From: a virus
Lineage: Duplodnaviria; Caudoviricetes
Reading direction: 5' to 3' (one strand)
IMG/VR virus record: IMGVR_UViG_3300028888_000001
Length of the DNA stretch: 64,000 nucleotides
This document shows, piece by piece, positions 50,936-61,142 of this stretch. Every line of letters begins with the position of its first letter. Within the stretch, counting starts at the first letter, position 1. The notes below the pieces were generated by a model. It ran no database searches. It had not been told where the DNA came from and worked only from the letters and a program-made list of their open reading frames with translations. The position numbers were made by a program, and so were the translations under genes.

Positions 50936-51994
50936 TTAAAGAGAATTAATTTTATCTATTACTTTATAAACGTTTTCAAATAATTGTTTAGTTTCATCAT
51001 CTTCTAATATCGCAGGGTTAAATGTATATTTATAAATATTATCTACAAGCTTGTAGACGTATGCTAAATCATTTATATTATCCATATTTAGCTCTGTAGC
51101 GTGCTGACATATAGCGACAATAAAACGCTTATGCTCAATTTCAGGCCTCTCAGGATCATAGAGATTTAGCACATTTAATAGTTTAGAAATATCAGGAACT
51201 TTAATTTCAGTGGTATTTACTTTGCTGTTGAAATAGGATACCTCATCATTAAAGTACAGCTCAGCTCTCTTATAGATTCTTTTTCTTCTTCTAGGTTCAA
51301 GCCATCCTAATAGTCTATTAAATGATTTAGCATCATCGAATGCATTTTTAAGTTCGGTTAGCTTTTGGGCTTTTTCTGGATCTTCTTGTCCGATTTCTTC
51401 TATTTTACTAAATAGCTCATTATATGCATCTTTGAACGCATCAGATATCTCTAGATTAAATTCTCTATATGCATCGTCCATAGATTTATTAAACTCATCA
51501 AAGATAGCTTCAAATTGAGCGTCGCTGACAATATTATCAAAATAGAATCTAGCGACATGCTCTTTACCAATTAGCTGTGATTTTGGACGGCCTCTATTAA
51601 TATTAAACTTAATATCGTCTATAATTTTCTTATAGCTATCTGGCAGTCTATTATAGATAATAATATTCTTATTCTTCTTATACTCTAATAACAGCTTAAT
51701 TACAGTCTCAGCATCTTCATCAGTAATATCTGGACTTGACTCTTTAAGTATTTTCTTAAGAGCATCTTCTGGAGGCAGTTCTTCTTCACTATCAAGTGCT
51801 GGGTTGATACTTTCTATCTCTTCATATTCAGTATTTTCTGTTTCTTCTTGTGCTTGAGATAAAGCTTCCTTATCAGTGTTTTCTTTATCTAACTCATTGT
51901 AGATATAAGATACTTGCTCATCAGTAAGAGGAACATTTTCATTTACTTCTTCTGCTGCAACAATATTCTCCACATTCTCATTAACATTACTCAT
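50936..51994 (-). CDS. Hypothetical acidic protein
   Basis: Overlaps upstream gene; GGAGG RBS. Confidence 0.8.
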   Translation of the reverse strand: MSNVNENVENIVAAEEVNENVPLTDEQVSYIYNELDKENTDKEALSQAQEETENTEYEEIESINPALDSEEELPPEDALKKILKESSPDITDEDAETVIKLLLEYKKNKNIIIYNRLPDSYKKIIDDIKFNINRGRPKSQLIGKEHVARFYFDNIVSDAQFEAIFDEFNKSMDDAYREFNLEISDAFKDAYNELFSKIEEIGQEDPEKAQKLTELKNAFDDAKSFNRLLGWLEPRRRKRIYKRAELYFNDEVSYFNSKVNTTEIKVPDISKLLNVLNLYDPERPEIEHKRFIVAICQHATELNMDNINDLAYVYKLVDNIYKYTFNPAILEDDETKQLFENVYKVIDKINSL

Positions 51995-52784
51995 TTTTGT
52001 TATAGTCCTCCGTAAGCATCATAAATTCTTGAATACTAGTTTCAGCAATATTACCAACTAACCGTTGAAGTGATAGTCTTATATTTGTTATTATAATTGG
52101 CAATATTTCTGGTTGTTCTAATACCGAACAGTAGTAATCTTTAAAGAAATTTCCTTTATCAGATATTACAGAATCTAGAAATTCTACAAGCTCCATATGA
52201 GAATAAATACTTTGGAATATATTCAGCAAGCTTATATCCAATGTAGCAATATGATTTAACACCTGAGCCATATTAGCACTGATAATTCCATATTGTGCAT
52301 CGTTATACATTCTCTTGCCATATACCGAAGATGAATCTCTGGATTTTCTATAATCTTCTAAATTAAGAAATCTTGATAGAGATTCTTTATTATTAATAAT
52401 AAATGAAGTAAAGAAACTAACCATGAGATTGTTTCTATTACAAACTAAGAAGTCATATAGATAAAATGCTACTGTATAAAGATCTACATTATCATCTATA
52501 TCATTAAAATGAAGATTAAACTTATCGCATAATATATTAATTATATCTAGATATACTTGCATTCTAATAATTTTTATATTATCAGAATCTCCTGGATAGT
52601 TATCGTTCATCAATTTAAAATTCTCTTCAAATGAAGAGACTATATTAGAATCTGGCAATATTGCTGTATAATCTATATTTTCTAGCTTATCGTTTAATAT
52701 GTCGAAAATATAATTAGAATCAAATCGCTCTAGCATTTCTGTAACATTGAATTCATTACTAATTTCGTATCTTGGTGTTACCAT
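51987..52784 (-). CDS. Hypothetical protein, late-promoter gene
   Basis: AGGAGG RBS; GACA-N6-TAAA at 52816. Confidence 0.8.
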   Translation of the reverse strand: MVTPRYEISNEFNVTEMLERFDSNYIFDILNDKLENIDYTAILPDSNIVSSFEENFKLMNDNYPGDSDNIKIIRMQVYLDIINILCDKFNLHFNDIDDNVDLYTVAFYLYDFLVCNRNNLMVSFFTSFIINNKESLSRFLNLEDYRKSRDSSSVYGKRMYNDAQYGIISANMAQVLNHIATLDISLLNIFQSIYSHMELVEFLDSVISDKGNFFKDYYCSVLEQPEILPIIITNIRLSLQRLVGNIAETSIQEFMMLTEDYNKNE

Positions 52785-52960
52785 TAGAGCTTTTAACCTC
52801 CTTAAGTTATTATAATTTAATAACTTGTCCAGGGCGTTGTAATTTCTACTTTTTTTAGTTATATATTATAAAAGTGAATGAGAACAATGCGTCCTCATTC
52901 ATACTATTAATATTTTATTTAGGAAGGCTAGCCAAACGAGCTAGCGGAAAGGAGAATAAT

Positions 52961-53152
52961 ATGAAGAAAATGACAGAGTGGGAGGCCGCATTTTTGGCCG
53001 CACAGAAAACTAACACCAAGATCGGCAAAGAATATCGCAAGCTTACTGACAAGGCGATGCGTAAAGTTAACAACGCAGACCTCGGAGCAACAGCCTACGC
53101 TATTGGGCTTACAGACCCGAAGCTTATTAGGCAGATCAGGAAAAGTATCTAA
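52961..53152 (+). CDS. Small hypothetical early protein (63 aa)
   Basis: GAAAGGAG RBS after CAAACGA hairpin; own promoter and terminator. Confidence 0.7.
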   Translation: MKKMTEWEAAFLAAQKTNTKIGKEYRKLTDKAMRKVNNADLGATAYAIGLTDPKLIRQIRKSI

Positions 53153-53215
53153 TGTCAGAAGAACACACAGGGGTGAGCAATCACCCCTGTGTGTTGTCAT
53201 TATTCTTTTTTTTGT

Positions 53216-54637
53216 TTAAAAATTAAAGTTGTCCATATAGTTATAGTCTTCATCTTCTAGCATCCACGCTTGATTAGCTGGGACAGCAGTTGCTACAGGT
53301 CTATCACTGTCACTTTCAAAATTCTTATCAGTAGGATTATAGAATGATGAAAATACAGTTTCTGGCACATTGAATTGTCCATCTATAGAGACATATTTAT
53401 TCAAAGGCTGATCTTTTGGAATGCTATATAATTCTCTATATGCTTTTTCTCCAAGAGGAGTATTCAATAGAGCTTCAAATTGTTTATGCTCTTCAGTACG
53501 CTGCTTATTGAGGAATTCGTTTAGAGATGTTCCGCCTGCTTTAATAGCAGCATTTAAATCTGCTTCAATTGTTTGATCTATTTCGTCTTTGGTGCTAAAT
53601 GAGTATACTATATCTACAGTATCATCGTTAAAATAGTCTATTGGTTCATCTATATCTTCATCTGTCTTTATAGAGGTTTTCTTTATTCCATACCTCTCAG
53701 CAAGATTGATACCTTCATACCATACCCATAAAGCCATTAACCAAGAGAATATTTGGTCATCATGGGTAGAATCAGAATGCTCAACCTTACCATTCTTTTT
53801 TATTTCCATTCCTAAAAGCTCATTATAGATAATTGGAGATATAACTTTATCTTTATGACTTTCTACTCTATCTATTAATATATCTATTAATTGCTTACGC
53901 ACATCTCTGGTTGAATTCAATCCATAGACTTTAGTGCGTATTTTCTGCTTATATGCATGAACGCCATCTTGACGTTCTTCTACAGTAATATCTTTAATCT
54001 CATAATAAAGATTCTTTTTCAGTCCACCTTTAATAAGTCGGGCTATTACACTGGACCCATACCCCCCGTTCCTCTCGACATTTACGACAGCGTTTGGCAT
54101 CCAGTTTTTAACCATGAATTCAATACAGCGGGCTAAGTCAAATGCTGATATGTAATTACAATTTAAGCAGCCTAATACTTTAGTTGAGTAAGAGTCTATA
54201 ACTGTAATACATGAGCTGTCTTGCTTATAGCCAGCTGCAACGTCAACACCAATTATAGGCGGATACGTTCTAGTGTCTGCTTGTAGATAAGTTTCAAATC
54301 TATATTTACCTAATAGATATACTACAGAAATCGGTTGTTTAACAAGAGTGCTTATACTATTAAGATCTTCTTCTCTAAATGGGCTATTATCAACACCAGT
54401 AGACCACTCAAGAAGAATTTCTCTTCGAATATCTGGCCAAGAACCCTTAAGAAGCTTAGCGACTTCATTAAACCACTGCTCTGAGCAACCAAGTTGTTGA
54501 TATGTGAATTTAATATATACAAAATCAGATTTAGTATTAGCGTCTAGTATTTGCTTTAACTGTGGCCATGTAAGATCATACCAAGATTCAGAAAATGGTG
54601 TAGCTAATTCTTTAGTTTGATAGGCTTCTTTACCTTC
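53216..54637 (-). CDS. Terminase large subunit, exon 3 (nuclease domain)
   Basis: RRE..LEW, IGVDVA.G...DSS, VERN, HDD motifs. Confidence 0.9.
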   Translation of the reverse strand, partial: EGKEAYQTKELATPFSESWYDLTWPQLKQILDANTKSDFVYIKFTYQQLGCSEQWFNEVAKLLKGSWPDIRREILLEWSTGVDNSPFREEDLNSISTLVKQPISVVYLLGKYRFETYLQADTRTYPPIIGVDVAAGYKQDSSCITVIDSYSTKVLGCLNCNYISAFDLARCIEFMVKNWMPNAVVNVERNGGYGSSVIARLIKGGLKKNLYYEIKDITVEERQDGVHAYKQKIRTKVYGLNSTRDVRKQLIDILIDRVESHKDKVISPIIYNELLGMEIKKNGKVEHSDSTHDDQIFSWLMALWVWYEGINLAERYGIKKTSIKTDEDIDEPIDYFNDDTVDIVYSFSTKDEIDQTIEADLNAAIKAGGTSLNEFLNKQRTEEHKQFEALLNTPLGEKAYRELYSIPKDQPLNKYVSIDGQFNVPETVFSSFYNPTDKNFESDSDRPVATAVPANQAWMLEDEDYNYMDNFNF

Positions 54638-55031
54638 CAATTATCTTCACATAGTTCGCTATACTATGCAGTTCTCTTATGAACTTCTATAGGTGTTACC
54701 TATACGTTGAGACTATATTACTGCTCTTATTATTTTATAAGAAGCTCTATTTATTTTGAACTCGCTTGAGCTCTACTCGCATGTAGCGATAGTCGTTGAA
54801 CTTTTTATTATGATATTTTTTTAAAATCTCATAATAACTTAGCTGCTGATTATACATTGTTAACGGCTTTTAGCACCATCATTATACAATGATGGCTTTT
54901 ATTTCAGCATGAGCCATCCTCTAATTTATTTCTATCTTTCGATTCCTATATTTAGGTATAGAGGCTTTAGCACTTCCCAGCAATTAAAATAGATTTAGAC
55001 ACCGTGTCACCACGATGAATGGACAAATTTT
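54638..55031 (-). mobile_element. Group I intron 2 of terminase (394 nt, ORF-less)
   Basis: P1 GGAU|AAAAUUUGUCC with U.G; AATTGCTGGGAA, AATCAGCAGC, GTTCAACGACTA, ATATAGTCT; P9.0 AA/TT then terminal G; splicing gives TTD-EGKE in frame. Confidence 0.92.
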
Positions 55032-55504
55032 ATCCGTGGTCATGAAGCCTGGCGTGGTGGTTATTAATACACCATATGGAGCACCATTCTTTTTAGCATT
55101 TGCAGCTGCAGTTTTAAATGCAGGTGCGCCATTCAGATATACTACACCATTATATGGTAAGAAAGCATACTCGTCAAACCAAAGTAAAACTAGCGTTTTA
55201 CCACGCAAGATACTTGCAGCTCTTGCTTTATTAGTTGCTGAAGCAAATACTTTAATAGTGTTATTATTAAACGGATTTGCCATTTCCGTCATATTATCTT
55301 TACCTTTTTGGATTTTTCCATCTGGTAAGACTCTTTCTTTCATAATAAGATATGGTGGAAGCATATCTCTTAAATCTTTAAGAGTTTGAATATTATCTTT
55401 AGCACCATCCATATTCTTATGCAAGAAAGCCATTTTGGAATTAGTCGTGGCAAAATTATAAATATATAAATATCTAACTGCCGCTGAGACAGTCTTACCT
55501 TGCT
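55032..55504 (-). CDS. Terminase large subunit, exon 2 (ATPase)
   Basis: QGKT Walker A half, LRG, Walker B WFDE, TTTP motif III. Confidence 0.9.
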
Positions 55505-55909
55505 CGTTATCTTCACAGAGTTCGTTAAGCTCTGCAGTTCTCCTATGAACTTCTATAGGTGTTACCTATAGCACGAGACTATATCAGTATCCTATATGGT
55601 ATAGGATATTCTTCATTTCGATTTAAGGGGTTCTCACCCACTCACTTGAGCCCTACTCCTATAGACTATTTTTATAGCGCCATCCTATGGGATAGTCGTT
55701 GAACTTAATTTTTTATATATTAAGCTGCTGATTGTACATTGTTTATAGCTTTTAGCACTTCACATAAGTGAAGCTTTTATTTCAGCATGAGCCATCCTGA
55801 AACTTGTTTCTATCTTTCGATTCCTTATAGGCATTCAGGCTTTAGCACTTTCCAGCAATTAAAAGAAATTCACTCACAATATTACTACTATAAGTGGATT
55901 ATAAGATTA
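55505..55909 (-). mobile_element. Group I intron 1 of terminase (405 nt, ORF-less)
   Basis: Same core motifs; P9.0 GT/AC then terminal G; splicing restores Walker A PRQQGKT. Confidence 0.9.
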
Positions 55910-56330
55910 GTCGAGGCGCTTCATAAAATACATTAAGATTTAATGCTTGGCAAAAATTTAAAGCAAGATTACCTCTAGTAAGTTTATATCGCATTGGCGC
56001 ACCGCCAGGCGATGGGATTCTCACAACCTCGCGGATGAAATACCAATAATTACTGAGGCATTCTTTAAGTATTTTTTGCTTATAAAGCATATTTAGATTC
56101 GGATCATATGGATCTACACCATCTAGATCTGGATCTATTAACGTAAGCATAAACTCATTATTCTTAATACCGATGGCTTTAAGATAATGATGCATATCTA
56201 AAAACGATTTATTTTTAGTCGTTTTCTGCGCATAAATACGTTTTATTGGTGTCGGTTTTGCTATCACTGGAGGCGGCATAAAACTGCCCATTGTAGGTGT
56301 AGCAGATTGACCTGCAAACATTACAGGCAT
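55910..56330 (-). CDS. Terminase large subunit, exon 1
   Basis: EC..NYWYFIREVVRI, L.RGN, ends EAPR; spliced product 771 aa; late promoter at 56357. Confidence 0.9.
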
Positions 56331-56443
56331 ATTCTGATCCTCCTTTCATTTTAAGATTTATTATTTTGTCCAAGATGATAATTTGTAAGGATATAATAAA
56401 TAATAGACTTTTTAGTAAATTAAAAATAATAGAAAGGAGTTTT

Positions 56444-56617
56444 ATGATGTTACATTTAAATGTTTTTATCGGCGACGATTATGTTACATTCGAAGATGAA
56501 ACAGGTAGTCGTTTTTCTATAGATGCTACTATAGATGATAACAACGATATAAAAATGGATCTAGATGATTTTATGAGTGGTTTAGAGTCTATCGATATTG
56601 ATGTAGAACGAGTATAA
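56444..56617 (+). CDS. Small acidic hypothetical protein
   Basis: AAAGGAG RBS before ATG 56444. Confidence 0.65.
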   Translation: MMLHLNVFIGDDYVTFEDETGSRFSIDATIDDNNDIKMDLDDFMSGLESIDIDVERV

Positions 56618-56636
56618 TTATAGGAGGATTTAATAA

Positions 56637-57224
56637 ATGAATAAAACATACGAAGAAGTTGTAAGAGAACTGATTGAAGAGCCAAAATATTCTTCTGATT
56701 GGATTGATATTGCTGCTAAGCTCATAAGCGAGTTTAATTACACGGTAGATAAATTAGAAAAATTTAATAATAAGCAGCTTAATATTATCTATAATGCTAA
56801 TAAGCGATATGGCGAAGATAATGTAAATCCAGATGCTCCATATATTTCCGCTATAACAAATCCAAAGTTTAATGATACTCAAATGCAATTATTAGATACA
56901 GCAAGACAAAATGACATTGAGGGTGATGAGCTTAAACGTCTAATGAATCCATCATTATCATATTCCAAATTAAATTACTTAGTGCAGTCTCTAATAGATG
57001 GGTATGATATCGCTAAAGAGTATAACGTAGACAATCTCTCCATTGGACAGATATATGAGATTTATGCAGCGTTTAAATCTGGTATCGATATTTCTTCTTA
57101 TTTCTCACCTGACAATACAGAGCTTAGCGATAATCAGCTTGCTATTATGAGACATGCTGCTGAGTTAGGTCTCAATGCTAAATATGATAAATCTACAAAG
57201 CAGATTATAATTACAGAAGTATAA
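56637..57224 (+). CDS. Helical-repeat hypothetical protein (paralog of 57445-58008)
   Basis: P.Y..DWI..AA, NPKFN.TQ, Q.YEI shared with paralog. Confidence 0.8.
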   Translation: MNKTYEEVVRELIEEPKYSSDWIDIAAKLISEFNYTVDKLEKFNNKQLNIIYNANKRYGEDNVNPDAPYISAITNPKFNDTQMQLLDTARQNDIEGDELKRLMNPSLSYSKLNYLVQSLIDGYDIAKEYNVDNLSIGQIYEIYAAFKSGIDISSYFSPDNTELSDNQLAIMRHAAELGLNAKYDKSTKQIIITEV

Positions 57225-57444
57225 AAATATTTATATATGAACTATAAAATAATCAAGTAGAGTTTGCTTGTTCTTTGCTTGATTGGCTGCTTTCAACTAT
57301 TAATCAATATATAAAATTAAAACTCCTGCATGATTTTATATATTGATTAAGGTTCAGTTGTCATTCCATTTTTCATTTTATCTTTCCCTTATCCTTAAGT
57401 CGCGCCAAGTACCCTTACGGGTACTTGGGTTGCTTTTGTTTTTG

Positions 57445-58008
57445 CTAGTCTTCTTTATTTTTCTGCAGAATTTCTTTAGGCCTTACCAATAGCTCACCAG
57501 TGTCTACATTATATTTTACATCCAGCCCAGCATGTAAAGCTGTTGCTATCATATGCATGAATGGAGCTGGCACTATCGGTGAAGCATATGTATTATAATC
57601 TATTTTCATTCTATAGCCATATAATATTTCATAACACTGATCTGGATAAAGAGCAGCGAGATTATCAACTTTAGACCAATCTAGACCTTCCTCGATGCCT
57701 TGAGCTATATAATCCATAGACTGATACGGTATATCTGGGTTTGCCAGTAATAGCAGTTTATCTCTGTCAAAGCCCTTCTCTATGCAAGTTGATAAGATTG
57801 TCAACTGTGTTGAATTAAATTTTGGATTAAACAGCAACTGAGCATATGGTGTGGCTATAATACTTCTAATCTTAGCTAATTGGAATGCTGTAAATTTAGA
57901 TAAAAAAATTTCCGTAGCTGCATTATTATGTATAAACCATGCAGCTTGATTAATCCAATCCATATCATATGCAGGGTTAGCTTTGAGTTTGTTAATAATT
58001 TCTTCCAT
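57445..58008 (-). CDS. Helical-repeat hypothetical protein (paralog of 56637-57224)
   Basis: Colinear similarity over full length. Confidence 0.8.
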   Translation of the reverse strand: MEEIINKLKANPAYDMDWINQAAWFIHNNAATEIFLSKFTAFQLAKIRSIIATPYAQLLFNPKFNSTQLTILSTCIEKGFDRDKLLLLANPDIPYQSMDYIAQGIEEGLDWSKVDNLAALYPDQCYEILYGYRMKIDYNTYASPIVPAPFMHMIATALHAGLDVKYNVDTGELLVRPKEILQKNKED

Positions 58009-58098
58009 TTTTGTATCCGCCTTTCTATAAAAAATAAAATAGGGCTACCCAAAATAGGATAGCCCATGTAATAGAATTTTCCGCTTATTTTTTAATAA

Positions 58099-58749
58099 TT
58101 AATATCCGTATCTAACAACCCATACATCAGCATATTGCACGCCAAATTCTTCACAGGCATCGGGGTCTCCCAGGAATAGGTCTAGTGCCCCGTACCCGAA
58201 GCCCCCGGTGTCTTCCACTAACCATTCCCCCAGCCCAGCTATTTCAACGATAGTTCCAAATGGTAATTCGTTTGATGCACAAGTCCAATACTCTGTGGGA
58301 TAATTACCATTAGCGCATAATGATCCATCGTGTTCATATGCTGTGAGTCTTAATGTACCAAGATAATCGCCTTCACCGGTATATGAAACTGTGCCTTCTT
58401 CATTTGTATCAGTGCTTTTATCTTCTGCTTCTGGTTTATCTTGGCTTATATAATTATTATTCACATAAAAGACTGATTTTCTTGGTGTATAATAAATAGC
58501 TGTCCATTCTTCATCTTCTTCAGTTACAGATAATACTTCGATTTCATCTCCATATGCAAGAGTATCGATAATACTTGAATTGATATCGGGCTGTCTTCTG
58601 ATATTTAACCCAATATCAGCAGTAACATAATACGTTTGACGATCATCATAATATTTCAAGTATTTGTTTGTTGGTGTTGCACATACTCCGGTGTTAATAA
58701 TAAGCTCTGCTATAAAACTAACTATGGTTACCATTAATGCTTTTTTCAT
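58099..58749 (-). CDS. Secreted SH3b + 3D-domain cell-wall protein
   Basis: Signal peptide, LNIR..P SH3b motif, TAY..LPFGT..EDTGG..LDLF 3D motif. Confidence 0.85.
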   Translation of the reverse strand: MKKALMVTIVSFIAELIINTGVCATPTNKYLKYYDDRQTYYVTADIGLNIRRQPDINSSIIDTLAYGDEIEVLSVTEEDEEWTAIYYTPRKSVFYVNNNYISQDKPEAEDKSTDTNEEGTVSYTGEGDYLGTLRLTAYEHDGSLCANGNYPTEYWTCASNELPFGTIVEIAGLGEWLVEDTGGFGYGALDLFLGDPDACEEFGVQYADVWVVRYGY

Positions 58750-58769
58750 TTTGTCATTTCCCCCTTAGA

Positions 58770-60893
58770 TTATAATTTAACTATGTTACTATAATTAACA
58801 CTATCGTTATCTAATCTTTTTAAACCTATAGAATCAAGCGGAAAATTCTTAAGATTATCATTAACGATCGTGTTAATATCAACAAACTCTAATATCCAGT
58901 CTGGTACTTCTGTATCTACCGGAAACGCTATCGTTTCTAGCTTGGTTGATAGTTTCGGATGATCGAGAAGTCTTTTAATTTTCTCATATACCTCTGGATA
59001 TTTATCTTTAATTTTTTCTACATTGTTACGATTAATAATGGTTTTAACCTTGATGATTTTATTTCTTTCATCAAGATTTATCGCAGGCATATCGCCGGTT
59101 CTTAATTCATTATAAACCATACTTGCCATAACACCATTAACTCTTGTAGGATCTGCATATGAGGAAATTGATGCAATATTATCTGGCTTATAATACGTGG
59201 TTTCTTTCCTCATAATAGATTCAGTTATCTGTTTTTCTACAATGACTATCTTCTTTAATATTCCAATTTGATCTATATTATCAGCGTTTAATACATCTTC
59301 ATATAATATACGCTGGAATTGAGACTTAACTTTCTCTGGCAACGTAGATTTATTTATTGGCAGACCACTAACTCCTAAACGTGCTTTTTGGTTGTTGGGA
59401 ATTACATTGCCCTCCTGAAGAAGCTGAAGACTTGCATAATTCTTTTTGTTTGGAGTTAGCATTAATCTCTTAAATAGAAACTCATTTTTCATTATCATTT
59501 TAGAATGAGTTTTAGGCGCACTACTACCAGCACGTATGCAATATCTGTCGAGATAGTCAACGATCAAATCACTACAGATATATGCAATGATATTTATAAT
59601 AGAATACTTAAGACTATCCTGTGGAATAATATCCATCGGATGTATTGTCTGTTTGAGATGTATAATTTCGTCTGTATAGAAATCATAATCTAATCTTGGT
59701 TCTAGTATGTCCATCATTTTTAATTTTGGTTTATCTCCAAATTCATCTGCTTTGATGAGCTCCATAATATCGAATTTCTCTCTCTTTATAGGCATATCGA
59801 TATTATAGACCTTATCCAGAATAAATCTATACCAACCATCAAATGATACCATGCAGCTATCAGTATCGACTACAGCGACAACGTCACGCTGCATATATTC
59901 TATTCTGTCAAGTTTATCTATATAAAAGAACCCATAATATACATACTCCTTAATAATTTCAGTTAAGTGTGATAACTCATCTGCAATTATTTTTGGCGGT
60001 TTATTTGGATTCATAAATGGTTGATCTAGTTTCTTTAATATTTCTATTATAATATTAGATACAACTGGCAAATCACAAAAACAGAATAGATTATTCTTAT
60101 AGAATATTCTATTTATATCTTCATTAGAAAGGCCTTGAATTCTTTCCCATACTAACGACATCTGTTTTTCTGTTGGTATCCATATTGTTGGATCTACATT
60201 GTTTAGTAATCTGAAGAAGCACTCTTCTTTAGTTATATTTCTATCTAATATCATAGAGTCATCAAACTTTCGTTCTGACTTCTCTGATAGTACGTTATCT
60301 ATAAATATAATTATCTCATTTAGAGAGTTAAACTTGACATTATTCCCAATGAATGCTTCAAACATGGTTATGCTACAAGATATATAGGCTTTACCCTGCA
60401 TAGTTATTGCAGAGGCTACATATAGATTATAAAATGTATTTACATTGTTTCCGAGTACTCCATAGGTAGCGTTCCCGTTGAGTTTCTCTAATAGCTGTAA
60501 GAGATTATACTTCTCGAACATCGCTGAGCCTTTGGGATATTTAAACATCTCTTTTTTATACTTGGCTCTTTGATCTAGAAAACCCATTATCATTTTACTC
60601 AATGGGTTATCTGCTTCTTTGTGCTTTTTATATAAAACTCCAGAGGATGTTACTATTGGTTCTAGCTTTTGTATATAGTTTAATATATCTAGAACTGTAC
60701 CGTTGATTCTCTGCTTAGTATAATTATTATCAATATATGCCGGCTTATTATCATGCCTGCTGATGATGGAATCATCTATAGCTTCTTCTAATTCTTCTCT
60801 CGATAGATTTGTGAATGAACTAGATAAGCCATCTATCATTACTCTTTTATAATCCTTCACTACCTGTGTTTGTAGTATCTTGCTGCTTTTCAT
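58770..60893 (-). CDS. Split family-B DNA polymerase, motif B/C subunit
   Basis: Motif B R...K..K.NGNATYG, ITMQGK, motif C VDTDS, KKNY. Confidence 0.9.
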   Translation of the reverse strand: MKSSKILQTQVVKDYKRVMIDGLSSSFTNLSREELEEAIDDSIISRHDNKPAYIDNNYTKQRINGTVLDILNYIQKLEPIVTSSGVLYKKHKEADNPLSKMIMGFLDQRAKYKKEMFKYPKGSAMFEKYNLLQLLEKLNGNATYGVLGNNVNTFYNLYVASAITMQGKAYISCSITMFEAFIGNNVKFNSLNEIIIFIDNVLSEKSERKFDDSMILDRNITKEECFFRLLNNVDPTIWIPTEKQMSLVWERIQGLSNEDINRIFYKNNLFCFCDLPVVSNIIIEILKKLDQPFMNPNKPPKIIADELSHLTEIIKEYVYYGFFYIDKLDRIEYMQRDVVAVVDTDSCMVSFDGWYRFILDKVYNIDMPIKREKFDIMELIKADEFGDKPKLKMMDILEPRLDYDFYTDEIIHLKQTIHPMDIIPQDSLKYSIINIIAYICSDLIVDYLDRYCIRAGSSAPKTHSKMIMKNEFLFKRLMLTPNKKNYASLQLLQEGNVIPNNQKARLGVSGLPINKSTLPEKVKSQFQRILYEDVLNADNIDQIGILKKIVIVEKQITESIMRKETTYYKPDNIASISSYADPTRVNGVMASMVYNELRTGDMPAINLDERNKIIKVKTIINRNNVEKIKDKYPEVYEKIKRLLDHPKLSTKLETIAFPVDTEVPDWILEFVDINTIVNDNLKNFPLDSIGLKRLDNDSVNYSNIVKL

Positions 60894-61005
60894 CGTGTTC
60901 CTCCTTAAGACGTTTCACCTCTTCATCTATGTCTTTTATTTGACCAGGAGCGGCCTTATAAATTAAAACGCCTTTTCTCACTTCAACTTTAAGATTTTCA
61001 TCCAT
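60847..61005 (-). CDS. Small hypothetical protein upstream of polymerase
   Basis: GGAGG RBS before ATG 61005; early-type promoter at 61026. Confidence 0.55.
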   Translation of the reverse strand: MDENLKVEVRKGVLIYKAAPGQIKDIDEEVKRLKEEHDEKQQDTTNTGSEGL

Positions 61006-61142
61006 AGATATTTTACCTCCAAAATTATAATATACAATTAATCTTAAGTTTGCCATTTAATAAAATATGAAAACATATTTATAAATGCCTATAAGGTTGT
61101 AGATCTACACATTTTAATAAATTTATTAAGGAGGAATATTCC

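Noticed and set aside
53216-56330. Three independent terminase fragments or frameshifts
   Set aside because: Both gaps contain full group I cores and splice in frame
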